A stretch of 58,839 nt of DNA, taken from assembly GCA_034434735.1 (NCBI GenBank), contig DAOTYQ010000086.1:1-58839 (forward strand), read 5' to 3'. The position numbers were made by a program, and so were the translations under genes. Of this stretch, positions 1 through 9,240 are shown one piece after another; positions within the stretch are counted from its first letter, which is position 1; each line of letters starts with the position of its first letter. Source of the stretch: Chloroflexota bacterium (GTDB taxonomy: Bacteria > Chloroflexota > Limnocylindria > Limnocylindrales > CSP1-4). The notes below the pieces were generated by a model. It did not search any database. It was not told the origin of the DNA and worked only from the letters and a program-made list of their open reading frames with translations.

Positions 1-687
1 AAGTCGAGATCGCCATGCGCCGCTGCCTTTCCAACTTCCTCGAGGAGTGTCATCCTGTCTGTGGCCATCGCCTGCGGTCCTCCCAGCTGTCGCTCGATAT
101 CTGCTGGAAGCCTAGGCGGTGGCCGCTCCGCAGTGAAGCACCCCCGCAATTTCCACCACGTCCTGGGACACTACTCCGACCCCGATCACCCCTGGCGGCG
201 ATATCGTGCGATCCTACCACGGTGACAACGTCGCTGACCGCTTACCGGCCAGGATCGCTGTTCTCCGACAGACCGGGTCGGTGCTGAGGGATGGGGGTCG
301 CCGTTCCTTGGTAGTCAGTGGAGCGTGCAACAGAAAGACGACGGGGTCCCAGGGGGTCCGATCTCGGTCCGAGGGTTGCGGACGCGACCGTGGTCGAAAC
401 CAGCCGTCGCAAGGCGACGCGACCGCGTGTCCCTGGTCCGGATCGTGCGCTCGGCCGCGGATCGTGTGCTCGTTCGGTCGACTGGAGGACAGGCTGTACC
501 GACGGGCTCGTCGCCAGATCGGCGTCCGCGGAGGAAGGTGGGCGCGGAGGATGCCGGACACGAAAGCGCCCGAAGGAACCGTCCGTCCTGGCTCGCGGCT
601 GGTGCAGGCACCGGCTGCGTCGCCATCATCAGAGGCCCCTTCGGGCACCACGAACCCTACCCTCCCGCCGGCCGCTCGACAAGACGG

Positions 688-749
688 TTATCCACGAACT
701 CCGACGGTTGCCGCGCGCCGGCGAGCGACTTGTCCACGCCCCGTCCACA
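688..749 (+). promoter_or_regulatory. DnaA-box-like 9-mers (unit A)
   Basis: TTATCCACG at 688-696 and TTGTCCACG at 730-738, same orientation, 42 bp apart, plus GTCCACA at 743-749. Each is an 8/9 match to TTATCCACA or TTGTCCACA. Function not shown. Confidence 0.35.
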
Positions 750-969
750 CCGGCCCGACGGGGTGCAGTCTCGGGCGGGGCTGAGGCGTCGGCCGCGGGC
801 TGGGGCGACGGTCGTCGGCGGAGCCCCGGCCGGGCCCACGAAAACGCCCGAAGGAACCGCCGATCCGAGGTCGACACCGGGTGATGCAGAGCACCTCCGG
901 TACCGTTCGGTCCAGGGCCCCTTCGGGCAGAGATCAGCGTACGCAGCGACCGGTCCCCTGCCAAGGGGG

Positions 970-1020
970 TTGTCCACGAACTTCGCGATTTGCGGCCGCC
1001 CGCGGCCCGACTTGTCCACC
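970..1020 (+). promoter_or_regulatory. DnaA-box-like 9-mers (unit B)
   Basis: TTGTCCACG at 970-978 and TTGTCCACC at 1012-1020, same orientation and the same 42-bp spacing as unit A. Confidence 0.35.
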
Positions 1021-1102
1021 GCCCGCCAACATCGAGCCCGAGCTGGGTTCCCCCTCCCCTCCCGCCCGCTCCGAGGCCAGACGACGTCGGCCCCGCAACC
1101 GC

Positions 1103-1726
1103 TCAGTCGAGCTCGAGCGGCCAGACGCGGCCGCCCTCGACGAGCGGCCGGCCGGCTCCGTCGAGGCTGCCCGACCAGGCCGAGCGCCGGAGGCCGGGCG
1201 GCGAGCCGGGCTCGAGGGACCACGTCCGCTCGGCGAGCCGAGCGACGCGAGCCCGGCCCGACACGGGTCGGAGAAACCGGTCGACGGTGACGGTCGGCAG
1301 CTCGATCGCTTCCCCGACGGACAACCCTTCCCCGACGGCGGCGACGAGGGCGAAGGGGCCGAAGCCGTCCACCACGTCGACGACGGCGCCGGCCGCCCAG
1401 GGCAGCGAGAGGTGCTCGACCCCGTTCGGGGTGACGAGGTTGCCGTGCAGGGCGCCCTCCGCGAGCTCCGGATGAAGGGTCAAGAGCCCGCTCGCGCTCG
1501 TCGCCTCCAGGCGCGTCGGCCGCCCCGCCGGATCGAGCTCCAACAGGACGGCATGCTCGACGCCGCCCGCCCGCAAGAGGCTCCACCGCCAGCGCCGGCC
1601 GCGCCGACCCTCGGCGACCGACCAGAGGAGACGCCGTTCGCTCCCGAGGCTAACGGCGCCCCCAGCTCGGAGCCAGGACATCGACCCGTCCCCGCCAGCC
1701 TCGCGGTCGGCGGCCGGCTCGGCCAT
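1103..1726 (-). CDS. Hypothetical protein (207 aa)
   Basis: ORF starts 4 nt downstream of the hflX stop on the same strand and has GC-rich third positions. No family recognised. Confidence 0.55.
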   Translation of the reverse strand: MAEPAADREAGGDGSMSWLRAGGAVSLGSERRLLWSVAEGRRGRRWRWSLLRAGGVEHAVLLELDPAGRPTRLEATSASGLLTLHPELAEGALHGNLVTPNGVEHLSLPWAAGAVVDVVDGFGPFALVAAVGEGLSVGEAIELPTVTVDRFLRPVSGRARVARLAERTWSLEPGSPPGLRRSAWSGSLDGAGRPLVEGGRVWPLELD

Positions 1727-1730
1727 CGCT

Positions 1731-3113
1731 CTAGGCCCGGCGGCGGCCCTCGGCGAGGGCCGGAAGGCCGAGCACCTCCGCAGGCGCCACCTCGCTCGGC
1801 GGTGGCGCCTCGGCTCGACGCCGGCGTCCGTCGCGGGTTGCGACGGCCCGGAGCTCGGCGGCGAGCGCCGGCGAGACCCGGCCCCGAACCCGAACCCCCT
1901 CGGGTCGATACTCGAGCTCGACGGTCCCCCGCTCCCGGACCCGAGCCAGGAGTTCGCCGGCCTGGTACGGGAGGAGGACGTCGACGGGGACCCAAAGGTC
2001 GGCCAGGAGGGCCGAGACGGCGGCCCGGAGCGTGTCGATCCCGAAGCCGGTCCGGGCCGAGACCGGGACCGCCTCGCCGAGGGCAGGGGCTGAGAGCTCG
2101 GCCGAGCGAGCAGCCGGCTCGAGGAGGTCGACCTTGTTCAGGGCGACGACGCGGGGCTTGTCCCCCGCCCCGAGCTCGGCGAGGACCTGCTGGACCGTCG
2201 CCCGGTGCTCGGGGGCGTGCGGATCGGCGACGTCGACGACCTCGATGAGGGCGTCGGCCCGGGTCACCTCCTCAAGGGTCGCCCGGAAGGCGTCGACGAG
2301 CTGGTGGGGGAGCTTGTGGATGAAGCCGACGGTGTCGGTGACGATGGCCGTCTGACCCTCGCCGAGGCGGACGAGCCGGCTCGTCGGGTCGAGGGTGGCG
2401 AAGAGCCGGTCCTCGGCCCGGACGACCTCGGCTCCGACGAGGGCGTTGAGGAGCGTGCTCTTGCCGGCGTTCGTGTAGCCGACGATGGAGATCGCCGGGA
2501 TGAGGCGCCGGTCCCGTCCGCGAGCCGCAGTCGCGCGTTGACGGCGGACCTGCTCGACCCGCTCGCGGAGGGTCTTGATCCGCTCCCGGATGACCCGCCG
2601 GTCGGTCTCAAGCTGGGTCTCGCCCGGGCCCCGGGTGCCGATCCCGCCGCCGGTTCGGGAGAGGTGGGTCCAGAGGCGGGTCAGGCGGGGGAGCTGGTAC
2701 TCGAGCTGGGCGAGCTCGACCTGGAGGCGCCCCTCGTGGGTCTGGGCGTGCTGGGCGAAGATGTCGAGGATGAGCCGGCTCCGGTCGATGACCTTGACCC
2801 CGAGGAGCCCCTCGAGCCGGCGCTGCTGAGCCGGGGAGAGCTCGTCGTCGGCGACGAGGAGCGTGAAGCCGGTCTCGTGCTTCGCGGCGACGAGGGACTC
2901 GGCCTTGCCCTTGCCGACGTACCAATTCGGGTCGACGTGGCGGCGCCGCTGCCACTCGGCGCCGACGACGACGGCGCCCGCCGTGTCGGCGAGGCTCGCC
3001 AGTTCGGCGAGCGAGTCGGCGGCCGTCCAGCCGCCGTCCTCGCCGGTCTCGACGGCGATGAGGAAGGCGCGCTCGACGGGCGGCGCCAGATCGATCGTTG
3101 TCGTTCGTGCCAT
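1731..3113 (-). CDS. hflX: GTPase HflX
   Basis: N-terminal HflX domain (LILDIFAQHAQTHEGRLQVELAQLEY). G motifs GYTNAGKSTLLNAL, DTVGF and NKVD. Confidence 0.95.
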   Translation of the reverse strand: MARTTTIDLAPPVERAFLIAVETGEDGGWTAADSLAELASLADTAGAVVVGAEWQRRRHVDPNWYVGKGKAESLVAAKHETGFTLLVADDELSPAQQRRLEGLLGVKVIDRSRLILDIFAQHAQTHEGRLQVELAQLEYQLPRLTRLWTHLSRTGGGIGTRGPGETQLETDRRVIRERIKTLRERVEQVRRQRATAARGRDRRLIPAISIVGYTNAGKSTLLNALVGAEVVRAEDRLFATLDPTSRLVRLGEGQTAIVTDTVGFIHKLPHQLVDAFRATLEEVTRADALIEVVDVADPHAPEHRATVQQVLAELGAGDKPRVVALNKVDLLEPAARSAELSAPALGEAVPVSARTGFGIDTLRAAVSALLADLWVPVDVLLPYQAGELLARVRERGTVELEYRPEGVRVRGRVSPALAAELRAVATRDGRRRRAEAPPPSEVAPAEVLGLPALAEGRRRA

Positions 3114-3199
3114 CGCTGCCAGGATAGCCGAGGGGGCGACTCGGCGACGACGGCGCTCCGGGCGGCGCGGCCGCGCATCCTCCCCTCCCCTACCCGACC

Positions 3200-4243
3200 C
3201 TAGCGGCCCCTCCCGGCGGCGGCGCGGGCCGCGGACCTCGCCCGGCTGCCGCCACCGGCCGTCGCGACGACGGGCCGGACGGCCTCGAGGACGGCCGGCA
3301 GCGGGTCGACCGTCGCGTCGATCCAGCGGACCCCGCCCTCCCCGCGGAACCAGATCCGCTGGCGTCGGGCGAAGGCGACGTTGCGGCGGGCATCGAGCTC
3401 GATGGCCGCCTCGAGGTCGAGCGTCCCGTCGAGGACGGCCCAGGCCTCCCGATAGCCGATGGCGCTGAAGGCGGGCAGGTTCGGGTCGTACCGCTCCCGG
3501 AGGCGCGCCGCCTCGTCGAGGAGGCCCGCCTCGAACTGGGCCCGGGCCCGGGCCGCGATCCAGGCCCGGTGCGTCGTCGGCTCGACGTCGAGGACGAGCC
3601 AGCAGGCCGGCCCGGGATAGCCGCGGAAGGGCGGCGGCGGGCGATCCCCGGCGAGGAGGGCGACCTCGAGGGCGCGGACGACCCGCCGCGGGTTGGCGAG
3701 GTCGACGCTCGCCGCCCGGCCCGGGGCGATCCGCCGCAGCTCGGCGGCCAGGGCCGCCGGCCCCTCGGCCTCGAGGCGCCGCTCGAGCTCGCGCCGGAGC
3801 GTCGGGTCGTGGGGCAGGGCGTCGGGGTCGAGCCCCCGGGCGACGGCCCGGAGGTAGAGGCCGGTCCCGCCGACGAGGAGGGCGACCCGGCCCCGGCGGG
3901 CGATCTCGGCGAGCGCCGACCGGGCGTGGCGGACGAAGTCGGCGACGCTGAAGGGCTCGTCGGGATCGACGAGGTCGAGGCCGTGGTGGGGGACGCGGGC
4001 CCGCTCCGCCGGACCGACCTTTGCCGTGCCTATGTCGAGACCCCGGTAGACCTGGCGCGAGTCGGCCGAGATGATCGCGGCCTCGATCCCTACGGCGGCG
4101 AGGGCCTCGGCGAGTCGGAGCGACAGCCCGGTCTTGCCGGTCGCCGTCGGACCGCCGATGACGACGAGGGGCGGCGCCCCGGACGCGGGGATGCGCTCCG
4201 ATGCCGGGTCCGCGACCTCGCCGCGCCCCTCAGGCGCCGACAC
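3200..4243 (-). CDS. miaA: tRNA dimethylallyltransferase MiaA
   Basis: P-loop GGPTATGKTGLS and DSRQVYRGLDIGTAK. This is the C-terminal part of track ORF 3200..4672. Start placed at GTG 4243, overlapping the miaB stop; the start is uncertain. Confidence 0.9.
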   Translation of the reverse strand: MSAPEGRGEVADPASERIPASGAPPLVVIGGPTATGKTGLSLRLAEALAAVGIEAAIISADSRQVYRGLDIGTAKVGPAERARVPHHGLDLVDPDEPFSVADFVRHARSALAEIARRGRVALLVGGTGLYLRAVARGLDPDALPHDPTLRRELERRLEAEGPAALAAELRRIAPGRAASVDLANPRRVVRALEVALLAGDRPPPPFRGYPGPACWLVLDVEPTTHRAWIAARARAQFEAGLLDEAARLRERYDPNLPAFSAIGYREAWAVLDGTLDLEAAIELDARRNVAFARRQRIWFRGEGGVRWIDATVDPLPAVLEAVRPVVATAGGGSRARSAARAAAGRGR

Positions 4244-5864
4244 GGGTCCCGCGGAGCGAGTACGGCCCGGCGTGCTCGATCCGGACCTCGACGAACTCGC
4301 CGACGAGGGCCGCCGGTCCGCTGAAGTGGACGAGCTTGTTCTGGCGGGTTCGGCCGGCGAGGGCCACCTCGCCCGGGTTCGGCCGAGGTGGACGGCTCCC
4401 CTCCCCCGTCGGCTCGTGGTCGTGGCTCCGGGGCGGAACGACCTCGTCGACGAGGACCTCGACGACCCGCCCGAGCCAGGACCGGTTCCGCTCGAGGCCG
4501 ATCGCCTCCTGGACGCGGAGGAGCTCGTTGAGGCGACGACGCTTCTCCTCCGGCGGGACGTCGTCGGCGAGCTTCGTCGCCGCTGTCCCCGGTCGCTCCG
4601 AGTAGGCGGCGGCAAAGACCTGGTCGTAGCGGACGGTCCGGAGGAGCTCGAGGGTCGCCTCGAACTGGGCACCGGTCTCGCCGCAGAAGCCGACGATGAC
4701 GTCGGTGCTCAGGGCCAGGTCGGGGACGGCGGCTCGGAGACGCTCGACCCGCTCGAGGTAGTGGCCGATCGTGTACTGGCGACCCATCCGCCGCAGGACC
4801 GCGTCGTCGCCGGACTGGACCGGCAGGTGGAGGTGCTCGCAGACGGACGCGCACTCGGCCATGGCTGCGATGAGCCGATCGGAGAGGTCCCAGGGGTGGC
4901 TCGTCACGAAGCGAAGCCGCGGGATGGCCGGCCGCCCGTCGGCGGTCCGGAGCCCGTCGATGGCCCGGATGAGTTCGGCCAGATCGGGCCGGCCCCGGAG
5001 GTCGAGCCGGCGACCGGCCCACCGTTCGGCGGCGACGTGGGCGAAGCGCGGCTCCGGCGGGAGGTCGTGGCCGTAGCTGTTCACGTTCTGGCCGAGGAGG
5101 GTGACCTCCCGGTAGCCGGCTTCGGCGAGCTTTCGCGCCTCGGCGAGGACCTCGTCGAAGGGTCGGCTCCGTTCGGGGCCGCGGCTCAGCGGGACGATGC
5201 AGTAGGTGCACGTCTTGTCGCAGCCGTAGATGATCGGCAGCCAGGCCGAAATCCGGCTCGATCGGGCGACGATCCCCCCGGCGACGGCGGCGGCTCGAGC
5301 CTCGGGCAGGTGGACGGCGTCCGACACCGGCCGGCCGCCGACGGTCGTCGTCGCCGCGCTCGCTGCGACGGCGCCGCGGCCGATGGCGGCCTGGGCCGAG
5401 GCGAGACCGAGCCGCTCGACGATCTCGGGCTCCTCGTCGGGCCGGAGGAAGAGGTCGACGGCCGGGAAGCGCCGGGCGAGGGTTGCCCGCGAGGTCTCTC
5501 GAACCGCACAGCCGGTCAGGACGACCCGGAGCCGCGGGTTCGATGCCTTCAGGCGCCGGAGCTGGCCCTGGCGCCCGATGACCTTCGCCTCGGCCGCCTC
5601 GCGGATGGCGCAGGTGTTGATGACGATGAGGTCGGCTGCCTCGAAGGAGGGCGCCGGCTCGCAGCCGGCCGCGAGGAGGCGCCCGGCCATCTCCTCCGAA
5701 TCGCTCTTGTTCATCTGGCAGCCGAGGGTCCAGATGGCGAAGCGCGGCAGGACCGCGCCGTCGGGACGGTACTCGCTGAGGCGCGGGTCGACGGCCGGTG
5801 CCGCCGGTCGGGGCGACGGCTCGACGGCGGTCCGATCGAGGACGGGCAAGAGACGGATGCTCAT
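4230..5864 (-). CDS. miaB: tRNA-2-methylthio-N6-dimethylallyladenosine synthase MiaB (radical SAM)
   Basis: N-terminal TLGCQMN motif, radical-SAM CDKTCTYC, and a TRAM-like C-terminus. Confidence 0.95.
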   Translation of the reverse strand: MSIRLLPVLDRTAVEPSPRPAAPAVDPRLSEYRPDGAVLPRFAIWTLGCQMNKSDSEEMAGRLLAAGCEPAPSFEAADLIVINTCAIREAAEAKVIGRQGQLRRLKASNPRLRVVLTGCAVRETSRATLARRFPAVDLFLRPDEEPEIVERLGLASAQAAIGRGAVAASAATTTVGGRPVSDAVHLPEARAAAVAGGIVARSSRISAWLPIIYGCDKTCTYCIVPLSRGPERSRPFDEVLAEARKLAEAGYREVTLLGQNVNSYGHDLPPEPRFAHVAAERWAGRRLDLRGRPDLAELIRAIDGLRTADGRPAIPRLRFVTSHPWDLSDRLIAAMAECASVCEHLHLPVQSGDDAVLRRMGRQYTIGHYLERVERLRAAVPDLALSTDVIVGFCGETGAQFEATLELLRTVRYDQVFAAAYSERPGTAATKLADDVPPEEKRRRLNELLRVQEAIGLERNRSWLGRVVEVLVDEVVPPRSHDHEPTGEGSRPPRPNPGEVALAGRTRQNKLVHFSGPAALVGEFVEVRIEHAGPYSLRGTRVGA

Positions 5865-6835
5865 CGATCGACGAGTGTAGCCCCATCGGGCCGCGCCGAT
5901 CGGCGCCGGGTCGCCCGCGCGGCGACCGCCCTCCGCCGTCGGGCGAGGGCGGCTCGGAAGCGGCGACCGACGGCGGCCGGGACGAGGACGCTCCGGGCGG
6001 CAGCGGCGTACGGGCCGTCGTCGCCGTGGTAGTCGGTCCCGCCGGTGGCGAGGAGGCGGAAGCGGGTAGCGAGGCTGGCGAGGGCCGCCACGACGTCGAG
6101 CGGGTAGCCGCGGTAGTGAACCTCGAGCCCACCGAGTCCGGCCGCGACGAGCTCGCCGAGGAGGCCGGGCTCGGCGAGGAGGTCGGCCGGGTGGGCGAGG
6201 ACGGCGAGACCGCCGGCCTCGCGGACGAGGGCGATGGCGGTCGCCGGATCGGGCTCCGGCCGAGGCACGTAGGCTGGCCCGCCCCGGCCGATGAGCCGCT
6301 CGAAGGCGTCGGCGACGCTCGTCGCGTGGCCGGCCGCGACGAGGGCCCGGGCGATGGTCGGCCGCCCCAGGGCGTCGGTCCGGCCCAGATCGAGGTCTGC
6401 CAGCGCGGTTTCGATCGGGAGGCCGAGATCGCGGAGCCGGGCCACCATCGCCTCAAACCGGCGGCGCCGCCCGGCCCGGAGCTCGGCCAGCCTCGCCTCG
6501 AGCCGGGCGTCGGCGGGATCGAGGCCGTAGCCGAGGATGTGGAGCTCCCGCTCGCCGAGCTGGGCGTTCAGCTCGACGCCGGCCACGAGCTCGAGGCCGG
6601 CCGGGAGGGGCGGCGCCTCGGCTGCCCGGAGCTCGCGGACGGCGGCGAGCGTGTCGTGGTCGGTGATCGCCAGGAGCCGGACGCGGGCCGCCGCGGCCGC
6701 CGCGACGAGGGCGGTCGGCTCGAGGACGCCGTCGGAGCGGCGGGTTTGGGTGTGGAGGTCGACGGTCGTCGGCCTTGCCGGGGCGCCGGCTCGTCGGTAG
6801 CGACCGCTCGTCTCCTCGGTCGACGGGTCCGCCAC
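5861..6835 (-). CDS. PHP-domain phosphoesterase (TrpH/YciV-like)
   Basis: Motifs VDLHTQT..SDG, ITDHDT, HILGYG, VLAHP and GGTDYHG. Overlaps the miaB start by 4 nt. Confidence 0.85.
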   Translation of the reverse strand: MADPSTEETSGRYRRAGAPARPTTVDLHTQTRRSDGVLEPTALVAAAAAARVRLLAITDHDTLAAVRELRAAEAPPLPAGLELVAGVELNAQLGERELHILGYGLDPADARLEARLAELRAGRRRRFEAMVARLRDLGLPIETALADLDLGRTDALGRPTIARALVAAGHATSVADAFERLIGRGGPAYVPRPEPDPATAIALVREAGGLAVLAHPADLLAEPGLLGELVAAGLGGLEVHYRGYPLDVVAALASLATRFRLLATGGTDYHGDDGPYAAAARSVLVPAAVGRRFRAALARRRRAVAARATRRRSARPDGATLVDR

Positions 6836-6844
6836 CGATCGACC

Positions 6845-7678
6845 TCAGAGCTCGACGATCCGGGAGATCCGCTCGATGGCGACGGCGCGGCCAGTCGCCC
6901 GATCGACGTCGATCTGGGTGGCGTTGAGGACGACGGGTCCCTCGCCGACCTCGAAGCGGGTCGGCAGGGCGTTGAGGAAGCGTGGCAGGACCGTCCGGGG
7001 CGCGAAGCCGATGATCGAGTGGAGGGGGCCGGTCATCCCGATGTCGGTCTGGTAGGCCGTCCCCTTCGGGAGGATCCGTTCGTCGGCGGTGGCGACGTGG
7101 GTGTGGGTCCCGAGGACGGCGCTGACCCGGCCGTCGAGATAGAGGCCGAAGGCGTTCTTCTCGGAGGTGACCTCGGCGTGGAAGTCGACGATCCGGACGG
7201 GCGGGAGCGGCTCGGACGCCTCGTCGAGGAGGCGGTCGGCCTCGGTGAAGGGATTGTCTATGGGCGTCATGTAGGTCCGACCCTGGAGGTTCAGGACGGC
7301 GATCTCGGTCCCGTCGGCGGCGCCGTAAATCCCCCAGCCGCGGCCGGGCACGTCCCGGGTCCCGTAGTTGAGGGGCCGGAGGATCCGCTCGTCGCGCTCG
7401 AGGATCGGGTAGATCTCCCGCTTGTCCCAAATGTGGTTGCCGGACGTGATGACGTCGACACCGGCAGCGAAGAGGGCCTCGGCGATGGGACCCGTGAGGC
7501 CCATCCCGCCGGCGAGGTTCTCGCCGTTGGCGGTGACGAAGTCGATCCGCCGCTCGCGCCGAAGGGCCGGGAGGGTGGCTTCGACCGCCTGCCGGCCGGG
7601 CTTGCCGATGACGTCGCCGATCATGACGATCCGACAGGCGCCGGCCGGCTTCGGCGCCCCGGTCCGCGGCTGGGCCAT
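6845..7678 (-). CDS. ymdB: YmdB-type metallophosphoesterase (2',3'-cyclic-nucleotide phosphodiesterase family)
   Basis: Motifs MIGDVIGKPGR, ANGEN, TSGNHIWD and GTHTHV. This is the C-terminal 277 codons of track ORF 6845..9817. Start at ATG 7678; ATG 7624 is also possible. Confidence 0.9.
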   Translation of the reverse strand: MAQPRTGAPKPAGACRIVMIGDVIGKPGRQAVEATLPALRRERRIDFVTANGENLAGGMGLTGPIAEALFAAGVDVITSGNHIWDKREIYPILERDERILRPLNYGTRDVPGRGWGIYGAADGTEIAVLNLQGRTYMTPIDNPFTEADRLLDEASEPLPPVRIVDFHAEVTSEKNAFGLYLDGRVSAVLGTHTHVATADERILPKGTAYQTDIGMTGPLHSIIGFAPRTVLPRFLNALPTRFEVGEGPVVLNATQIDVDRATGRAVAIERISRIVEL

Positions 7679-7704
7679 GCCGTCGCCGACGGGCCCCGGA
7701 CCGG

Positions 7705-9240
7705 CTACTTCGCGTACTCCACGGCCCGCGTCTCGCGGATGACGGTGACCTTGATCTGGCCTGGATAGGTCAGCGTCTCCTCGATCTTGCGGACGATATC
7801 GCGGGCGAGCCGGCTGGCCGAGAGGTCGTCGATCTCGTCCGGCCGGACGAGGATCCGGACCTCGCGGCCGGCCTGGACGGCGAAGGACCGCTCGACGCCG
7901 GCGAAGCTGTTGGCGATGGCCTGGAGATCCTCGAGGCGCTTCAGGTACGTCTCGACGGTCTCGCCCCGGGCGCCGGGCCGAGCGGCGCTGATGGCGTCGG
8001 CAACCTGGACGATCGGCGCTTCCAGGCACGCGTACTCGACCTCCTGGTGGTGGGCGGCGATCCCGTTGACGACCTTGAAAGGCAGGTTGTGGCGCTGGGC
8101 GATCTGGGCGCCGATGGCGGCGTGGGCCCCCTCGACCTCGTGGTCGACGGCCTTGCCGATGTCGTGGAGGAGCCCGCCGGCCTTCGCCGCGGCGACGTCG
8201 GCCCCGAGCTCGGCGGCGATGATCGCCGCCAGGCGGCTCGTCTCGACCGAGTGGAGGAGGACGTTCTGGCCGTAGCTCGTGCGGAACTTCAGGCGGCCGA
8301 GGAGCCGAATGAGCTCCGGCGGCAGCCCGGGAACGCCGGCGTCGTAGGCGGCCTGCTCGCCGGCCTGGCGGATGACGAGCTCCACCTCGGCCCGCGCCTT
8401 GGCGACGACGTCCTCGATCCGGCCCGGATGGATCCGACCGTCGGCGATGAGCTTGGTCAGGGCGAGGCGGGCGATCTCGCGGCGGATCGGGTCGAAGCCC
8501 GAGACGACGACGGTCTCGGGCGTGTCGTCGATGATGAGGTCGCAGCCGGTCGCCTGCTCGAGGGCCCGGATGTTGCGACCCTCGCGGCCGATGATCCGGC
8601 CCTTCATCTCGTCGTTCGGCAGGTGGATGACCGTGACGGTGTGCTCGGCTGTGTGGTCGGCGGCGACCCGCTGCATCGCCGTCACGATGATCTCGCGGGC
8701 CTTCTCGTTTGCCTCCTCTCGCGCCCGGCGCTCGATGGCCCGGGCGAGCTTGACGGCGTCGTGCTCCGCCTCCTCGCGGACCGCCTCGATGAGGAGGGTC
8801 TTGGCGTCCTCGGCCGAAAGCCCGCTGACCCGCTCGAGGGCTGCGACCTGCTCGGCTCGGAGGCGATGGACCTCCTCGCGGGCGTGCTCGATCTCGCGCT
8901 CCCGCTCGAGGAGCTTGCGCTGGCGCTCTTCGAGGAGGTCGGCTCGCTCGTCGAGCTGGGCGTCTCGGGCGAGGAGTCGCCGTTCGAGGGCGTTGAGCTC
9001 GGCCCGCTTGGCGCGGGCCTCCTCCTCGGCCTCCTGGGCGAGGCGCAGCTTCTCGTCCTTTGCCTCGAGGATGAGGTCCTTCTGGCGTTCGCGGGCCTCG
9101 GCGATGATCCGCTTCGCCTCGGCCTGGGCGGCTCGGATGACCTGCGGCGCCCAGACCTTGCCGGCGAGGAGGAAGCCGAGACCGACCCCGACGGCGGCGG
9201 CGAGGAGCGCCGCGATGAGGGCGACCGGTAGCTCGATCAT
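7705..9240 (-). CDS. rny: Ribonuclease Y
   Basis: N-terminal TM helix, long charged coiled coil, KH motif [11 protein letters not shown] and HD motif LLHDIGKA. Confidence 0.95.
   Translation of the reverse strand: MIELPVALIAALLAAAVGVGLGFLLAGKVWAPQVIRAAQAEAKRIIAEARERQKDLILEAKDEKLRLAQEAEEEARAKRAELNALERRLLARDAQLDERADLLEERQRKLLEREREIEHAREEVHRLRAEQVAALERVSGLSAEDAKTLLIEAVREEAEHDAVKLARAIERRAREEANEKAREIIVTAMQRVAADHTAEHTVTVIHLPNDEMKGRIIGREGRNIRALEQATGCDLIIDDTPETVVVSGFDPIRREIARLALTKLIADGRIHPGRIEDVVAKARAEVELVIRQAGEQAAYDAGVPGLPPELIRLLGRLKFRTSYGQNVLLHSVETSRLAAIIAAELGADVAAAKAGGLLHDIGKAVDHEVEGAHAAIGAQIAQRHNLPFKVVNGIAAHHQEVEYACLEAPIVQVADAISAARPGARGETVETYLKRLEDLQAIANSFAGVERSFAVQAGREVRILVRPDEIDDLSASRLARDIVRKIEETLTYPGQIKVTVIRETRAVEYAK

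Larger units (their letters stand above)
559..1020. repeat. Diverged tandem duplication, period about 282 bp, inside a gene-free stretch
   Basis: Four blocks recur in the same order. CACGAAARCGCCCGAAGGAACCG is at 559-581 and 837-859. GGCCCCTTCGGGCA is at 634-647 and 916-929. GGTTRTCCACGAACT is at 686-700 and 968-982. CGACTTGTCCAC is at 726-737 and 1008-1019. The last three blocks are offset by exactly 282 nt and the first by 278 nt. Sequence between the blocks is much more diverged. Confidence 0.8.

Noticed and set aside
1-225. Possible coding signal at the left edge. The plus-strand frame 3 (...EIAMRRCLSNFLEECHPVCGH...) has G/C-rich third positions up to about 120. Frame 1 (VKHPRNFHHVLGHYSDPDHPW...) then looks similar up to TGA 223-225. 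There are also minus-strand starts at ATG 68 (MATDRMTLLEEVGK, GGGAGG 10 nt upstream) and ATG 16.
   Set aside because: The segment is too short and ambiguous. The plus and minus candidates share the same third-position phase, the minus ORF from 68 has A/T-rich third positions, and I recognise no family. It could be the tail of a disrupted gene, but I cannot support a call.
191-253. CCTGGCGGCG...GCCAGG looks like a 5S rRNA 5'/3' pairing.
   Set aside because: No CCGAAC, GAAGTGAAAC or GATGGTA type 5S core motifs. It is just a 6-bp inverted repeat.
325-337. GTGCAACAGAAAG resembles a conserved stretch of bacterial RNase P RNA (GUGCAACAGAGAG).
   Set aside because: The other universally conserved RNase P elements (GAGGAAAGUCCGGGC, ACAGAACCCGGCUUA) are absent on both strands of 1-1100.
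688-1020. Calling the DnaA-box-like cluster the chromosomal origin (oriC).
   Set aside because: There are only four or five boxes, all from one duplication and all in one orientation. There is no clear AT-rich unwinding element, no dnaA/dnaN nearby, and no obvious switch of gene orientation around it. It is kept as a finding, not as an oriC feature.
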